64,000 nucleotides of DNA. Source: Gammaproteobacteria bacterium. GTDB taxonomy: Bacteria; Pseudomonadota; Gammaproteobacteria; Eutrophobiales; Eutrophobiaceae. The notes beneath the pieces were generated by a model, which was not told where the DNA came from, made no database searches, and worked only from the letters and a program-made list of their open reading frames with translations. Shown here in pieces: positions 8,718-17,962 of the stretch. Position 1 is the first letter of the stretch, and each line of letters starts with the position of its first letter. A program made the translations under genes and the position numbers. The stretch spans positions 1,698 through 65,697 of the forward strand of contig JAURPG010000052.1 of the NCBI GenBank assembly GCA_030835405.1. The letters run 5' to 3'.

Positions 8718-10499
8718 ATGATGAGTAAGGACCATATACGAAAAACGACGATTGGAATCTCGATTTTTTTGATCTTTTCTGTGTTTTTATCTGCATGCGA
8801 TAACAACACACCTGCTCAGTTTGAAGTCCAGGAACGAATACCCGCTTCTCGGGTTTACATTAATGGGCATGTCATTACGGTAGATGGAGATTTCACCATT
8901 GCCCAGGCCTTTGCCGTCAATAACGGCAGGTTTGTCGCTGTTGGAAGTACTGCAGAGGTCCTGGAGAAGATTTCCAGTAAGGCAACGGTCGTTGATCTTG
9001 CCGGGCAGACGGTGATGCCCGGGTTTAACGACAACCATATTCACCTTGGTCCCGGTCGAAGGCTGCAGGAATGGCAGGGTGCCCTGATCCCTGCCGTTGA
9101 GGAATGGACCCAGGGGGCATCTGATATGGAACAATTACGCGATGCCTTTGCCGGCAAGGTGGAGGTTACACCGGAAGGTGAATGGATAAAAGGCGGGCTG
9201 ACCCGTATGGACTGGCCAAATGATAAGGTGCCCACCCGCTGGGACCTGGACGAGATGAGCCCGTCTAATCCGGTTATTCTGACTCGTGGGCCGCATACTT
9301 ATTTACTCAATAGCAGCGCATTGCAATTAGCCAATATAGATCGAAACACACCGGACCCTGAAGGGGGCTGGATCTTCCGTGATGAGAACGGTGAGCCCAA
9401 TGGCAGGATACTGGAAGCGGCGAAAAGGCTGGTGGATGCGGTGGCGCCTGATGATGAAGTCGAGATCAGTTATGAACAGGGTATCCGTGATATGCGTACA
9501 CTGTTAACGGACCTGATGACCCTGGGGATCACCAGCGTGAATATCTCAGGTATTACACCCAATGGGATTGCACAGGTACAGGATCTGTATGACCGATACG
9601 GGGAAGATCTGCCCAGGGCGACCATGCAGGTGAGATTAAGACCTGGGCACGATACCTATGATGATGTTGAGTTTGGAATCAGAAACGAGATTGAGGCCCT
9701 GGAAGGGATCGGCTTTCACACCGGGTTTGGGGATGACCGCTTGAAGCTGGGCGCGATTAAAATGAGTATTGATGGTGGTCTGAGTGCCCCGGTGTTCTGG
9801 TCATTGGAAGAATACAAAGACCGTCCCGGATTCCATGGTGCCATCCGGATCCCCGCAGAAGTGTTTTACCCGGTGGCGAAACGTGCCCATGAACTGGGGT
9901 GGCAATTGGGTGTACATACCATGGGGGACGGTGCGGTGAAGATGGTGGCCGAGCAGATCAGCCGTATCCTGGGGGAGCAACCACGGGATGACCATAGACA
10001 TTATATGCACCATGTGGCGGTGAAGCCGCCCCAGGAGACCATTGAATTAATGGCAGAGAACAACATCATGGTGGCCAGCCAACCGGCCTTTACTGTGGGC
10101 CTGGGAGCCTATGCAAAAGAGGCATTAACGTCTGATCGGGAACGTACCCAGAACCCTACCCGGTCCCTGCAGGAGGCGGGAATTATGGTTTCCCATGGAT
10201 CAGATACCGCACCATACAGCCCGTTACTCACCATCTGGACGGCAGTGACCCGCACCGGGTTTGACGGGAATGTTTACGGCCCGGAAGAGGCGGTGAGTAT
10301 TGAAGAGGCGATACGCCTGCATACTTTTGCACCGGCCTATTTTACCTTTGATGAAGACATCAAGGGGTCGATAGAGGCTGGCAAGTTGGCGGACTTTGTT
10401 ATACTTTCAGATAACATTCTTGAAGTCCCGTCCGCCCAGATACGTAATATCAAGGTAAACCGGGTGTTTATTGACGGTAAAGAGATAACGGTAAATTAA
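8718..10499 (+). CDS. Amidohydrolase_3 (YtcJ-like) metal-dependent hydrolase, probable lipoprotein
   Basis: A GAGGA RBS at 8709-8713 favours the ATG at 8718 or 8721; the first ATG is at 8703. A lipobox FLSAC is present. Motifs PGFNDNHIHL, HTMGDGA and SHGSD suggest metal ligands. Confidence 0.75.
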   Translation: MMSKDHIRKTTIGISIFLIFSVFLSACDNNTPAQFEVQERIPASRVYINGHVITVDGDFTIAQAFAVNNGRFVAVGSTAEVLEKISSKATVVDLAGQTVMPGFNDNHIHLGPGRRLQEWQGALIPAVEEWTQGASDMEQLRDAFAGKVEVTPEGEWIKGGLTRMDWPNDKVPTRWDLDEMSPSNPVILTRGPHTYLLNSSALQLANIDRNTPDPEGGWIFRDENGEPNGRILEAAKRLVDAVAPDDEVEISYEQGIRDMRTLLTDLMTLGITSVNISGITPNGIAQVQDLYDRYGEDLPRATMQVRLRPGHDTYDDVEFGIRNEIEALEGIGFHTGFGDDRLKLGAIKMSIDGGLSAPVFWSLEEYKDRPGFHGAIRIPAEVFYPVAKRAHELGWQLGVHTMGDGAVKMVAEQISRILGEQPRDDHRHYMHHVAVKPPQETIELMAENNIMVASQPAFTVGLGAYAKEALTSDRERTQNPTRSLQEAGIMVSHGSDTAPYSPLLTIWTAVTRTGFDGNVYGPEEAVSIEEAIRLHTFAPAYFTFDEDIKGSIEAGKLADFVILSDNILEVPSAQIRNIKVNRVFIDGKEITVN

Positions 10500-10525
10500 G
10501 TTTAAAAACTAACCAGGGGAGAGTT

Positions 10526-11596
10526 ATGGCCAGAACAACACAGGGCAGAGGAAAATTATACCAGAGTATCGTCGACACCATCGGTGATACACCGTGTATG
10601 CGAATCAACAATATCGCGCCCAATCATGTAGAGCTTTATGTGAAGGCAGAATTTTTTAATCCTGCCGCTTCTGTGAAAGACAGGCTTGCCATCAGTATTA
10701 TCGAAGAGGCTGAGAAGCGTGGTGATCTCAAGCCAGGACAGACCGTGGTGGAGGCCACCAGCGGTAATACCGGAATCGGCCTGGCCATGGTGTGCGCGGC
10801 AACGGGGCATCCCCTGGTGATGACCATGGCGGATTCCTTCTCCATAGAACGTAGAAAGCTTATGCGGTTTTTTGGTGCCAAGGTGGTGCTGACACCCAGG
10901 GCAGAGAAGGGTTTTGGCATGTATCAAAAGGCCGTGGAGCTGGCCGAGGCCAATGGCTGGTTTCTGGCCCACCAGTTTGAGACGCCGGATAATGCCCTGG
11001 TGCATGAGAACACCACTGCCCAGGAGATCCTGGGGGATTTCAAAGACAAGAAACTGGATTATTTTGTCTCAGGCTACGGTACAGGGGGTACTGTAACAGG
11101 CGTCGCCAGGGTATTGAGAAAAGAGTCGCCGGACACCAAAATCATCCTGAGCGAGCCTGCCAACGCCCAGCTAGTGGGTAGCGGTGTTCAGCAGGAACGC
11201 AATGCCAATAATGAACCGGCAGCCAGTCACTCCGCCTTTGAACCCCATCCCATACAGGGCTGGACACCGGACTTTATTCCTCATGTATTGCAGGAATCTA
11301 TAGATAACCATTTCTACGATGAATTGATCCCCATTACCGGGCCTGACGGGATCGCCTGGTCTAAAAAACTTGCCCAGCAGGAAGGCATACTCACCGGTGT
11401 CTCCGGTGGTTCAACCTTCGCTGTGGCCATGCAGATAGCCGAGAAGGCGGACAAGGGATCGGTCATCCTGGCCATGTTACCGGATACCGGCGAGCGCTAT
11501 CTCAGCTCACCCTTGTTTGAGGGCGTTCCGGAAGATATGAGTGAAGAAGAGAAGGCGCTGTCACTTTCGACTCCGGGTTATCACATGCCAGAGTAA
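10526..11596 (+). CDS. cysK: Cysteine synthase / O-acetylserine sulfhydrylase family PLP enzyme
   Basis: NPAASVKDR is the PLP-lysine motif. TSGNTGIGLA and the GTGGT loop are present. It has no signal peptide. Membership in the CysK/CysM/CBS superfamily is solid, but the exact activity is not determinable. Confidence 0.7.
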   Translation: MARTTQGRGKLYQSIVDTIGDTPCMRINNIAPNHVELYVKAEFFNPAASVKDRLAISIIEEAEKRGDLKPGQTVVEATSGNTGIGLAMVCAATGHPLVMTMADSFSIERRKLMRFFGAKVVLTPRAEKGFGMYQKAVELAEANGWFLAHQFETPDNALVHENTTAQEILGDFKDKKLDYFVSGYGTGGTVTGVARVLRKESPDTKIILSEPANAQLVGSGVQQERNANNEPAASHSAFEPHPIQGWTPDFIPHVLQESIDNHFYDELIPITGPDGIAWSKKLAQQEGILTGVSGGSTFAVAMQIAEKADKGSVILAMLPDTGERYLSSPLFEGVPEDMSEEEKALSLSTPGYHMPE

Positions 11597-11602
11597 AACG
11601 TG

Positions 11603-11812
11603 GAATCTATCTCAAAATTTATCTTTTGACTTTATGCTTCGTTGTCGCCTTCCTCAAATACTCATTTACTGGCGTGTAAACTCCGCTTTGGACTCGGCAC
11701 ATCCTGTGCCTCGGCCTTCGGCCAGCAAAGCTGCCCAAAATTGCTCCCGGCAATTTTGTCGGAAGGCTCTGGTCTCGCCTAAAACCAAAATCTCTATTTT
11801 TGAGATAGGTTC
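11603..11812. repeat. MITE-like structured intergenic element bounded by 15-bp terminal inverted repeats
   Basis: GAATCTATCTCAAAA (11603-11617) pairs with TTTTGAGATAGGTTC (11798-11812) at 14/15 positions. An internal perfect 9-bp inverted repeat is CAAAATTGC (11736-11744) / GCAATTTTG (11750-11758). A palindrome GGCACATCCTGTGCC also occurs. The element has no coding potential. Confidence 0.5.
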
Positions 11813-11840
11813 TAACAACAAAAATTCTATTAGTAGCGGT

Positions 11841-13748
11841 ATGATTTATTTTCTAATTTGCGCCATGTTCAGCATGGCGGTGATGGCCCAGCCATCCACT
11901 GCCGATGGTGAATGGGTTGCCTACGGTGCAGATCTGGCCAGTACCCGTTATTCACCATTAGATCAGATCAATGCCGATAATGTCGCAGGGCTTAAAGTGG
12001 CCTGGCGATGGTCGGCGGAGAACTTTGGTCCCTTTCAGGAAAATAATTACCGCACCACGCCGCTAATGGTGGACGGGGTGATATATGCCACTGCCGGTGT
12101 GCGCCGTACGGTGGTGGCCATTGATGCTAAAAATGGTGAGACCCTGTGGGTCTATCGACTGGATGAAGGTCGGCGTGGTTCTCGCTCACCCCGTTTCAAC
12201 TCCGGTCGTGGGGTGGCCTACTGGCCGGGTAATGAGACAGATGCTCCACGTATCTATGTCATCACACCGGGTTATCAACTGATGGCACTGGATGCAAAAT
12301 CGGGTGTGCCCGTACCCGGGTTTGCAGGTGACGGAATGGTAGACCTGTTAGATAGCGTGCGGATCTATGACAATGTTGATCCCATCGGCATGATCGGGTC
12401 TTCCTCTCCGCCTGTCATTGTTAATGATGTCGTCATCGTAGGTTCTGCCCACGTCACCGGTAGACTGCACCGCCAGCCGGAAAATATCCCAGGGGACATC
12501 CGTGGATTTAATGCTACAACAGGTGAACTGCTTTGGACCTTTCATGTGGTGCCAAAAGATGATGAATACGGCGCCGAGACCTGGGAAGAGAATTCCAATC
12601 ACTATTCCGGTAATGCCGGTGTCTGGACCACCTTCTCGGCCGATCCAGAACTTGGTATCGTTTATCTTCCTACTGAGGCCAGTACCCATGACTGGTATGG
12701 CGGTCACAGGCTGGGTGACAACCTGTTTTCCAGCAGCCTGGTGGCCCTGGATGTCCGCACCGGTTTACGCCGCTGGCATTTTCAGATCGTCCATCATGAC
12801 GTCTGGGACTTTGATATTCCAACCGCCCCCATCCTGGTGGATATCAATGTGAATGGTGAAGCGGTCCCAGCCGTAGCACAGATCACCAAGCAGGGCTGGG
12901 TGTTCCTGTTCAACCGCATCACAGGGGAACCGGTGTTTCCCATCGAAGAACAACCGGTCCCAACAGACACCAATGTCCCAGGAGAGATACTCTCAGCTAC
13001 CCAACCTGTACCAGCCAGACCCCCCGCGTTTACCCGCCAGGAATTTAATGAAAGTGAACTTATTAATTTCACCCCTGAATTGAATCGTAAGGCAAGGGAG
13101 TTAATATCCGGTGTTCGTTACGGCCCAATCTATACCCCCATAGAGATATCTGATCCAGACCACGGTTACCGCGGTACCGTGATGTTTCCCCGTTCCACTG
13201 GTGGTGCCAATTGGGAAGGTGGAGCGGTGGACCCGGAGTCAGGTGTACTTTACGTGAGTACCCAGCACAGCGCAGTCATCGAAGGGTTGTTGCCGCCTAC
13301 GGAAAACATGACCGTGGACTATCGCAACATGCCGGCGGAAGAGATGTTCATTGAAGGTTTACCTGTCATTAAACCACCCTATGGTGAGATCACGGCCATT
13401 GATCTAAATGCAGGAGAGATCCTCTGGCAGGTCCCTAACGCTGATACCCCGGACGAGATCAAAAACCATCCGGCCCTGGCCGGTAAGGATATCGGTCGTA
13501 CAGGCAGGCCAATGCGGGTGGGATTACTGGCCACTAAATCACTGCTTTTCGGTGGTGAAGGATTGGGTGGACGTCCAGTGCTTTACGCCTATGATAAAGC
13601 CACAGGTGAACGCCTGACGGAAATCGAATTGCCTGCACCCCAGACCGGTGTCCCCATGACCTATATGGTGGATGGCAGGCAATATATTGTGATTGCAGTG
13701 GCAGGGGTAGGGGCACGTCCAGAATTAATCTCCTTAAGACTTCCATAA
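11841..13748 (+). CDS. PQQ-dependent (quinoprotein) dehydrogenase, secreted beta-propeller
   Basis: The ATG at 11841 gives the signal peptide MIYFLICAMFSMAVMAQP. GEWVAYGADLASTRYSPLDQIN..NV..LKVAWRW and repeated W-motif blades are present. The upstream 100 codons of the ORF run through the repeat element and are rejected. Confidence 0.8.
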   Translation: MIYFLICAMFSMAVMAQPSTADGEWVAYGADLASTRYSPLDQINADNVAGLKVAWRWSAENFGPFQENNYRTTPLMVDGVIYATAGVRRTVVAIDAKNGETLWVYRLDEGRRGSRSPRFNSGRGVAYWPGNETDAPRIYVITPGYQLMALDAKSGVPVPGFAGDGMVDLLDSVRIYDNVDPIGMIGSSSPPVIVNDVVIVGSAHVTGRLHRQPENIPGDIRGFNATTGELLWTFHVVPKDDEYGAETWEENSNHYSGNAGVWTTFSADPELGIVYLPTEASTHDWYGGHRLGDNLFSSSLVALDVRTGLRRWHFQIVHHDVWDFDIPTAPILVDINVNGEAVPAVAQITKQGWVFLFNRITGEPVFPIEEQPVPTDTNVPGEILSATQPVPARPPAFTRQEFNESELINFTPELNRKARELISGVRYGPIYTPIEISDPDHGYRGTVMFPRSTGGANWEGGAVDPESGVLYVSTQHSAVIEGLLPPTENMTVDYRNMPAEEMFIEGLPVIKPPYGEITAIDLNAGEILWQVPNADTPDEIKNHPALAGKDIGRTGRPMRVGLLATKSLLFGGEGLGGRPVLYAYDKATGERLTEIELPAPQTGVPMTYMVDGRQYIVIAVAGVGARPELISLRLP

Positions 13749-13753
13749 TTCAG

Positions 13754-13771
13754 TGTGGTCACATGACCACA
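13754..13771. promoter_or_regulatory. Palindrome TGTGGTCA-CA-TGACCACA between the PQQ dehydrogenase gene and TBDR paralog 2 (weak terminator or operator)
   Basis: This perfect 8+8 palindrome starts 6 nt after the stop at 13748 and is followed by an A/T-rich tract. Confidence 0.3.
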
Positions 13772-13840
13772 ATATTTGATTAAATTCGGTTTGGGTGTAT
13801 GACTTCTATACCGAATCTTTCTTAGTAGGGAAAAATCAAC

Positions 13841-16012
13841 ATGCATAACCGGTTAATATTTAGATCCGTACTCTTTTTTGGCTGCCTGTTTATGGTATCG
13901 GCCGTATCAGCGCAGTTTGAAATACACGATGAGCAGGATGCCACCCAGATGATGAATGAAGGCAACGCAGAGAGTGTGAATTATCCTGCAACCTTCTTCC
14001 AACGTTACCAGCCAGTCACTGCCTTTGACATGGTCTCCCGGGTCCCAGGGTTCACGCTGGATGATGGTGGAGCACTGCGGGGTTTTGGTGCGGCCGCGGG
14101 TAACATGCTGATTAACGGCCGCCGTCCCAGTACCAAGGACGACCTGCCATCGGCCATGTTGAAACGTATCCCCGCTACCAATGTTGAGCGCATTGAATTG
14201 ATCCGCGGACAGTTGCGTGGTGTTGACATGCGCGGCCAGTCAGTGGTGGTGAATGTGATCCTGCGCGAAGATACCCCCGCCACCACACGCTGGAACATGA
14301 TTGTTGGAGAAAATTTTGACATGGGTTTATCTCCACAGTTAGATGCCACCCTTACCGACCGGTCAAAGCAAATCCAGTATAGCGTTGGTGGAATCCTCTT
14401 TGTTACCAGTAATGGTGATCCGGGACCTGAATGGATCTTTGATGCCGACGGTAACGTCATTGAGAAACGGTTCAACTACAAGGGCCATGGACACAATGGG
14501 TTTGAGGGATATGATCTTACCGGGTTTGCCAATGCCGGGACATGGCTGGGGCAAACCCAGGTACAGTTGAACACCAAGGCCGCTGTTCAACATCGCAACG
14601 TAAAGACACTTGTTACCCGGCAACCCTGGCCACCCAATAGCGGTGATGCCAGATCAGACTTATTTTACGATGAGCGGCGAAATCATATCTTTGAGATTGG
14701 TCTGGATGCTGAGCGCTTTCTCAGCGAAGACCTGTTGGCGAAGGGAATTTTATTATACAACTATACCAACCAGTATCCCGATGCCACCCAGCGGACCTTT
14801 GATCAGAATGGCGTTGAGACGCGTTTTATAATTGATGACACTGAAGCGGACATTTCTGAGGCCATCGCCCGGGTGGAATTTAACTGGGCCGGGTGGGAGG
14901 GCCATTCTGTGCAGTTCAACCTGGAAGGGGCCTTGAATATTCTGGATAAACAATTAATCCAGATTACCCATAGGCCGGACATACCAACGGTAACTGAACC
15001 GGTACCGGGTGGGAATGTCCGCGTGAAGGAAGAGCGGGGGGATTTTCTTACCAAGGACACCTGGAGTCTGGGAAATGTTACCCTGGATTATGGTGTAGGT
15101 ATTGAGGTCTCAAAGTTATCCACCACCGGCGATACCGTACAATCACGCAACTTTACCTTTGTGAAACCCGAGGCCCTGCTGACCTGGTCACCTAACTCAC
15201 GTATGCAGACCCGCTTTGGTATCAGGCGTGATGTGTCCCAGCTAAACCTGGACGATTTTGTCAGCACCACCATCCTGGAGGACAACGATCTCACCGTGGG
15301 TAACCCGGATTTAAAGCCCCAGGACACCTGGGTGTTTGATGTCAGCCAGGAATTCCGTTTCGGTGAAATCGGTGTTGTTACTGTGTCCGGTTTTTACCAT
15401 TCTATTAAAGATGTGATTGACCTTTTGCCTATAGAGGTTGCAGACCGTCCCGATGAATTTTTTGAGTCTGTGGGCAATATTGGTGATGGTGATCGCATCG
15501 GTATCAAGATAGACAGTACCTTTTCCCTGGAATGGCTGCGCCTGACAGGGGCCAGGCTGGACATGCAATTGGGCTGGCAGGATTCATCGGTAACTGATCC
15601 GGTAACCGGTAATAAACGCGTGTTGGGCTCAGGTGGTTATTTCAACCCGCATCCGCCCATCTCCTTTGAAAATGATACGGATTGGACCTTTATCGTCGAT
15701 TACCGCCAGGACTTTGAGGCACAGAAGGTGTCCTGGGGCTGGCGTGCCGAAGACCAGGGAGAACGTCCGCAGTTTAAGACCAACGAACTGGATATCCGTG
15801 ATGCCAGTTTAAGACTACATGCATTCGTCGAGACCTCAAGGTGGTGGGAACTCAACATCCGCCTGGCAGTGGAGAACATCCTCAACTTCAGCAAGGACCG
15901 CGACAGGTTGGTGTTCACCGGTTTGCGTGATCTGTCACCGGTAGCATTCCGCGAAGTGGAACGTAGGACAATCGGGACGGATTTAATATTAACGGTGAGT
16001 GGAAGTTTCTGA
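13841..16012 (+). CDS. TonB-dependent receptor-like outer-membrane protein (paralog 2 of 4)
   Basis: Signal peptide ending AVSAQ. It has the same plug motif as paralog 1 (FFQRYQPVTAFDMVSRVPGF...LRGFGAAAGNMLINGRRPSTK) and a C-terminal SGSF. Confidence 0.8.
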   Translation: MHNRLIFRSVLFFGCLFMVSAVSAQFEIHDEQDATQMMNEGNAESVNYPATFFQRYQPVTAFDMVSRVPGFTLDDGGALRGFGAAAGNMLINGRRPSTKDDLPSAMLKRIPATNVERIELIRGQLRGVDMRGQSVVVNVILREDTPATTRWNMIVGENFDMGLSPQLDATLTDRSKQIQYSVGGILFVTSNGDPGPEWIFDADGNVIEKRFNYKGHGHNGFEGYDLTGFANAGTWLGQTQVQLNTKAAVQHRNVKTLVTRQPWPPNSGDARSDLFYDERRNHIFEIGLDAERFLSEDLLAKGILLYNYTNQYPDATQRTFDQNGVETRFIIDDTEADISEAIARVEFNWAGWEGHSVQFNLEGALNILDKQLIQITHRPDIPTVTEPVPGGNVRVKEERGDFLTKDTWSLGNVTLDYGVGIEVSKLSTTGDTVQSRNFTFVKPEALLTWSPNSRMQTRFGIRRDVSQLNLDDFVSTTILEDNDLTVGNPDLKPQDTWVFDVSQEFRFGEIGVVTVSGFYHSIKDVIDLLPIEVADRPDEFFESVGNIGDGDRIGIKIDSTFSLEWLRLTGARLDMQLGWQDSSVTDPVTGNKRVLGSGGYFNPHPPISFENDTDWTFIVDYRQDFEAQKVSWGWRAEDQGERPQFKTNELDIRDASLRLHAFVETSRWWELNIRLAVENILNFSKDRDRLVFTGLRDLSPVAFREVERRTIGTDLILTVSGSF

Positions 16013-16275
16013 TTTCAACAAGTAATCGTTAATGTCTGTATTTGAATAATTGTAGTCTGTCACCTATATTTGAATAAACACTTTATTATTGTTATCCGAA
16101 ATGAAGAAGATTTTAGTCAATACGATGCAGGCTATATATATTCAGGATAAGCCAGACAGTTGTGAAGTTTGGAAAAATTCGCTCCCAATTCTGGTTCGGT
16201 TCAGCTCAACCGATATGAGTCTCCTGGATGAAGTCTGATACTTAAGAATCTTCTCTATTTCGCGGAGCCGATGAT

Positions 16276-16425
16276 ATGAAAGAACAGAACAATGACAATG
16301 AGAACGTTGAGTTGTCGACTCTCGAGCACTCGGATACCGAGGAATCATTTCGACAATTGCGGTGGACTATTGGCATGACGGTAGTTGGTCTTGCCGTCAT
16401 AGCTTTTTTCTACTTATGGAACTGA
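16276..16425 (+). CDS. Possible 49-aa single-pass membrane protein
   Basis: The ATG at 16276 is preceded by GGAG at 16265-16268. The protein has an acidic N-terminus followed by the hydrophobic segment WTIGMTVVGLAVIAFFYLW. It is below the ORF-track cutoff and I could not assess conservation. Confidence 0.25.
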   Translation: MKEQNNDNENVELSTLEHSDTEESFRQLRWTIGMTVVGLAVIAFFYLWN

Positions 16426-16461
16426 TGCTGACTCGGTTCATAAAACGTAAAAGAACGAATC

Positions 16462-16536
16462 AATAGAGTCAGTGTCGATTGATATGGTTGCCAGCTATTT
16501 GTAGTCTTGACTAAATCAATCGACACTGACCCTATT
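16462..16536. terminator. 22-bp inverted repeat (21/22 match) with a 31-nt loop between convergent genes
   Basis: AATAGAGTCAGTGTCGATTGAT (16462-16483) pairs with ATCAATCGACACTGACCCTATT (16515-16536). It could be a long hairpin terminator or a small palindromic element. Confidence 0.4.
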
Positions 16537-16570
16537 AATTGCTGACCTTGATTCGGCCCTTTTATCCTCA

Positions 16571-16900
16571 TCAGTCCTCAATGAATTCTTCAAAATACTC
16601 CCTGTCATAAACCTGCAGGACCAGTCCGCTGCTGGTGACCTCCACGGCGACATCCTTACCGTAGGTGGTAGTCCCCTTTATCACATAGGTGGTGACAAAT
16701 TCATCATTGGGAATACTGGTGTGTGATACATCTACTGAGGCTTCAAGTATAGACATGCCGGGTTCTCGCACTCTGACAGAATCCAGGACCTCTACCGGTA
16801 CCTTGTCCAGAGGTATCGGTACATGGGCCCTTACAGTCAGGGATAGGCCTGCTACCAGGCAGGCCAGGAGAATGACCTTATCGCCCGGGGAGTGAATCAA
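16571..16900 (-). CDS. Small secreted protein, unknown function
   Basis: 109-aa ORF starting at a TTG. The signal-like segment is KVILLACLVAGLSLTVRA/HV. It overlaps the 3' end of the upstream AKR gene by 23 nt. Confidence 0.45.
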   Translation of the reverse strand: MIHSPGDKVILLACLVAGLSLTVRAHVPIPLDKVPVEVLDSVRVREPGMSILEASVDVSHTSIPNDEFVTTYVIKGTTTYGKDVAVEVTSSGLVLQVYDREYFEEFIED

Positions 16901-17840
16901 AGTGCTGTTTCATTCTTTTGCGGGTCTCTTCATTGGGGAGACGCCCGGTTCCTGTGAGGATATTTTCTTCAAGGTGATAGGGCTTGGTAGTCTCGGTGAC
17001 TATGCTGGTGACAGCCGGTTCACTCATGACATATTTAAGATTAAACTGCGCCCAACTGGTGCAGTCGAAGTCTGCTGTCCAGTCCGGTAACGGCCTGTTT
17101 CTAACCCGCATAAAATAATCACCACCGCCAAACGGGGTAATGATTATCACACCTATGCCCATATCCCGGGCCATGGGCAGGATCTGTTGTTCCGCCTCGG
17201 GTTCCACCAATGAATAATTAACGGCGATGATGTCGGGTGGATATTTTTTCATATTGGCGATCATATCGGCATGACCACTGGTATTGGACATGGTGTAACC
17301 AATGTAGCGAGTATCTCCTTTGTCCTTTAATTCCAAGAGGGTTGGCCAGTGGATGTCCAGATCCAGCATGCTGTCTACAAAAATGACATCGGCAGGGCGC
17401 CTATCGAACAGTCTTCGGGTCTGGTTGACCTGGTCTATGGCCTGTTGTTTTGTCACCGAGCGGTTGTTGCGATCATCACTGCGTCCCATTTTGCTGGTGA
17501 CAAACAGTTTGTCTTTCCAGCGCCGGTCCTGAAGGACTTTACCAAACGCTGTATCTACATCCAGGGGTCTTGGGGCTGTATCGATCACACTGGCTCCAAG
17601 GCTGACCATGAGTTCAATTAATTCCAGGACAGGTTCAGGGCCTGTTTGCATGATAGGCATGACCGCTGCAGAAGAACCGAAACCGACAATAGGTAACATT
17701 TCACTGGTGCCGGGAATGGCGCGTTTGATTAATGGCGGCGTGGCATTCATTTGGGCCAATAGTGGTGTGGGTATCGACGAAACTATACCTAACCCGGTTG
17801 CCGTTTTTAGAAAGGTCCTTCTGGAGTGGTGATTGCTCAT
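16878..17840 (-). CDS. Tat-signal aldo/keto reductase family protein (predicted periplasmic), paralog 2
   Basis: MSNHHSRRTFLKTATGLGIVSS contains a consensus SRRxFLK Tat motif. The rest is collinear with the 4144-5094 protein (AIPGT.E.LP..GFGSSA, DTAPR, TSK, RYIG). Confidence 0.8.
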   Translation of the reverse strand: MSNHHSRRTFLKTATGLGIVSSIPTPLLAQMNATPPLIKRAIPGTSEMLPIVGFGSSAAVMPIMQTGPEPVLELIELMVSLGASVIDTAPRPLDVDTAFGKVLQDRRWKDKLFVTSKMGRSDDRNNRSVTKQQAIDQVNQTRRLFDRRPADVIFVDSMLDLDIHWPTLLELKDKGDTRYIGYTMSNTSGHADMIANMKKYPPDIIAVNYSLVEPEAEQQILPMARDMGIGVIIITPFGGGDYFMRVRNRPLPDWTADFDCTSWAQFNLKYVMSEPAVTSIVTETTKPYHLEENILTGTGRLPNEETRKRMKQHFDSLPGR

Positions 17841-17962
17841 ATAGATACCCTCAATAGATACAGATTTATGCAGATTAGCATTTTAAAAATTCACTGTTAA
17901 GTCAATACATACGGTAAATTAAGAATAAAAAAAGTAACTAATTACAGGTTATAGGACGAAAG

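Noticed and set aside
8647-8811. A 55-codon N-terminal extension of TBDR paralog 1 (ORF 6544-8811).
   Set aside because: The extension has no signal peptide and overlaps the divergent amidohydrolase gene. The internal ATG at 8646 gives a canonical signal peptide aligned with the other three paralogs.
11541-11840. A 100-codon N-terminal extension of the PQQ dehydrogenase ORF.
   Set aside because: It overlaps the cysK-like 3' end and reads straight through the inverted-repeat element. The ATG at 11841 gives a proper signal peptide.
16101-16238. A 45-codon ORF (MKKILVNTMQAIYIQDKPDSCEVWKNSLPILVRFSSTDMSLLDEV) as a gene.
   Set aside because: It has no RBS, no hydrophobic or other recognisable feature, and sits in an AT-rich spacer. 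I mention it only as context in a finding.
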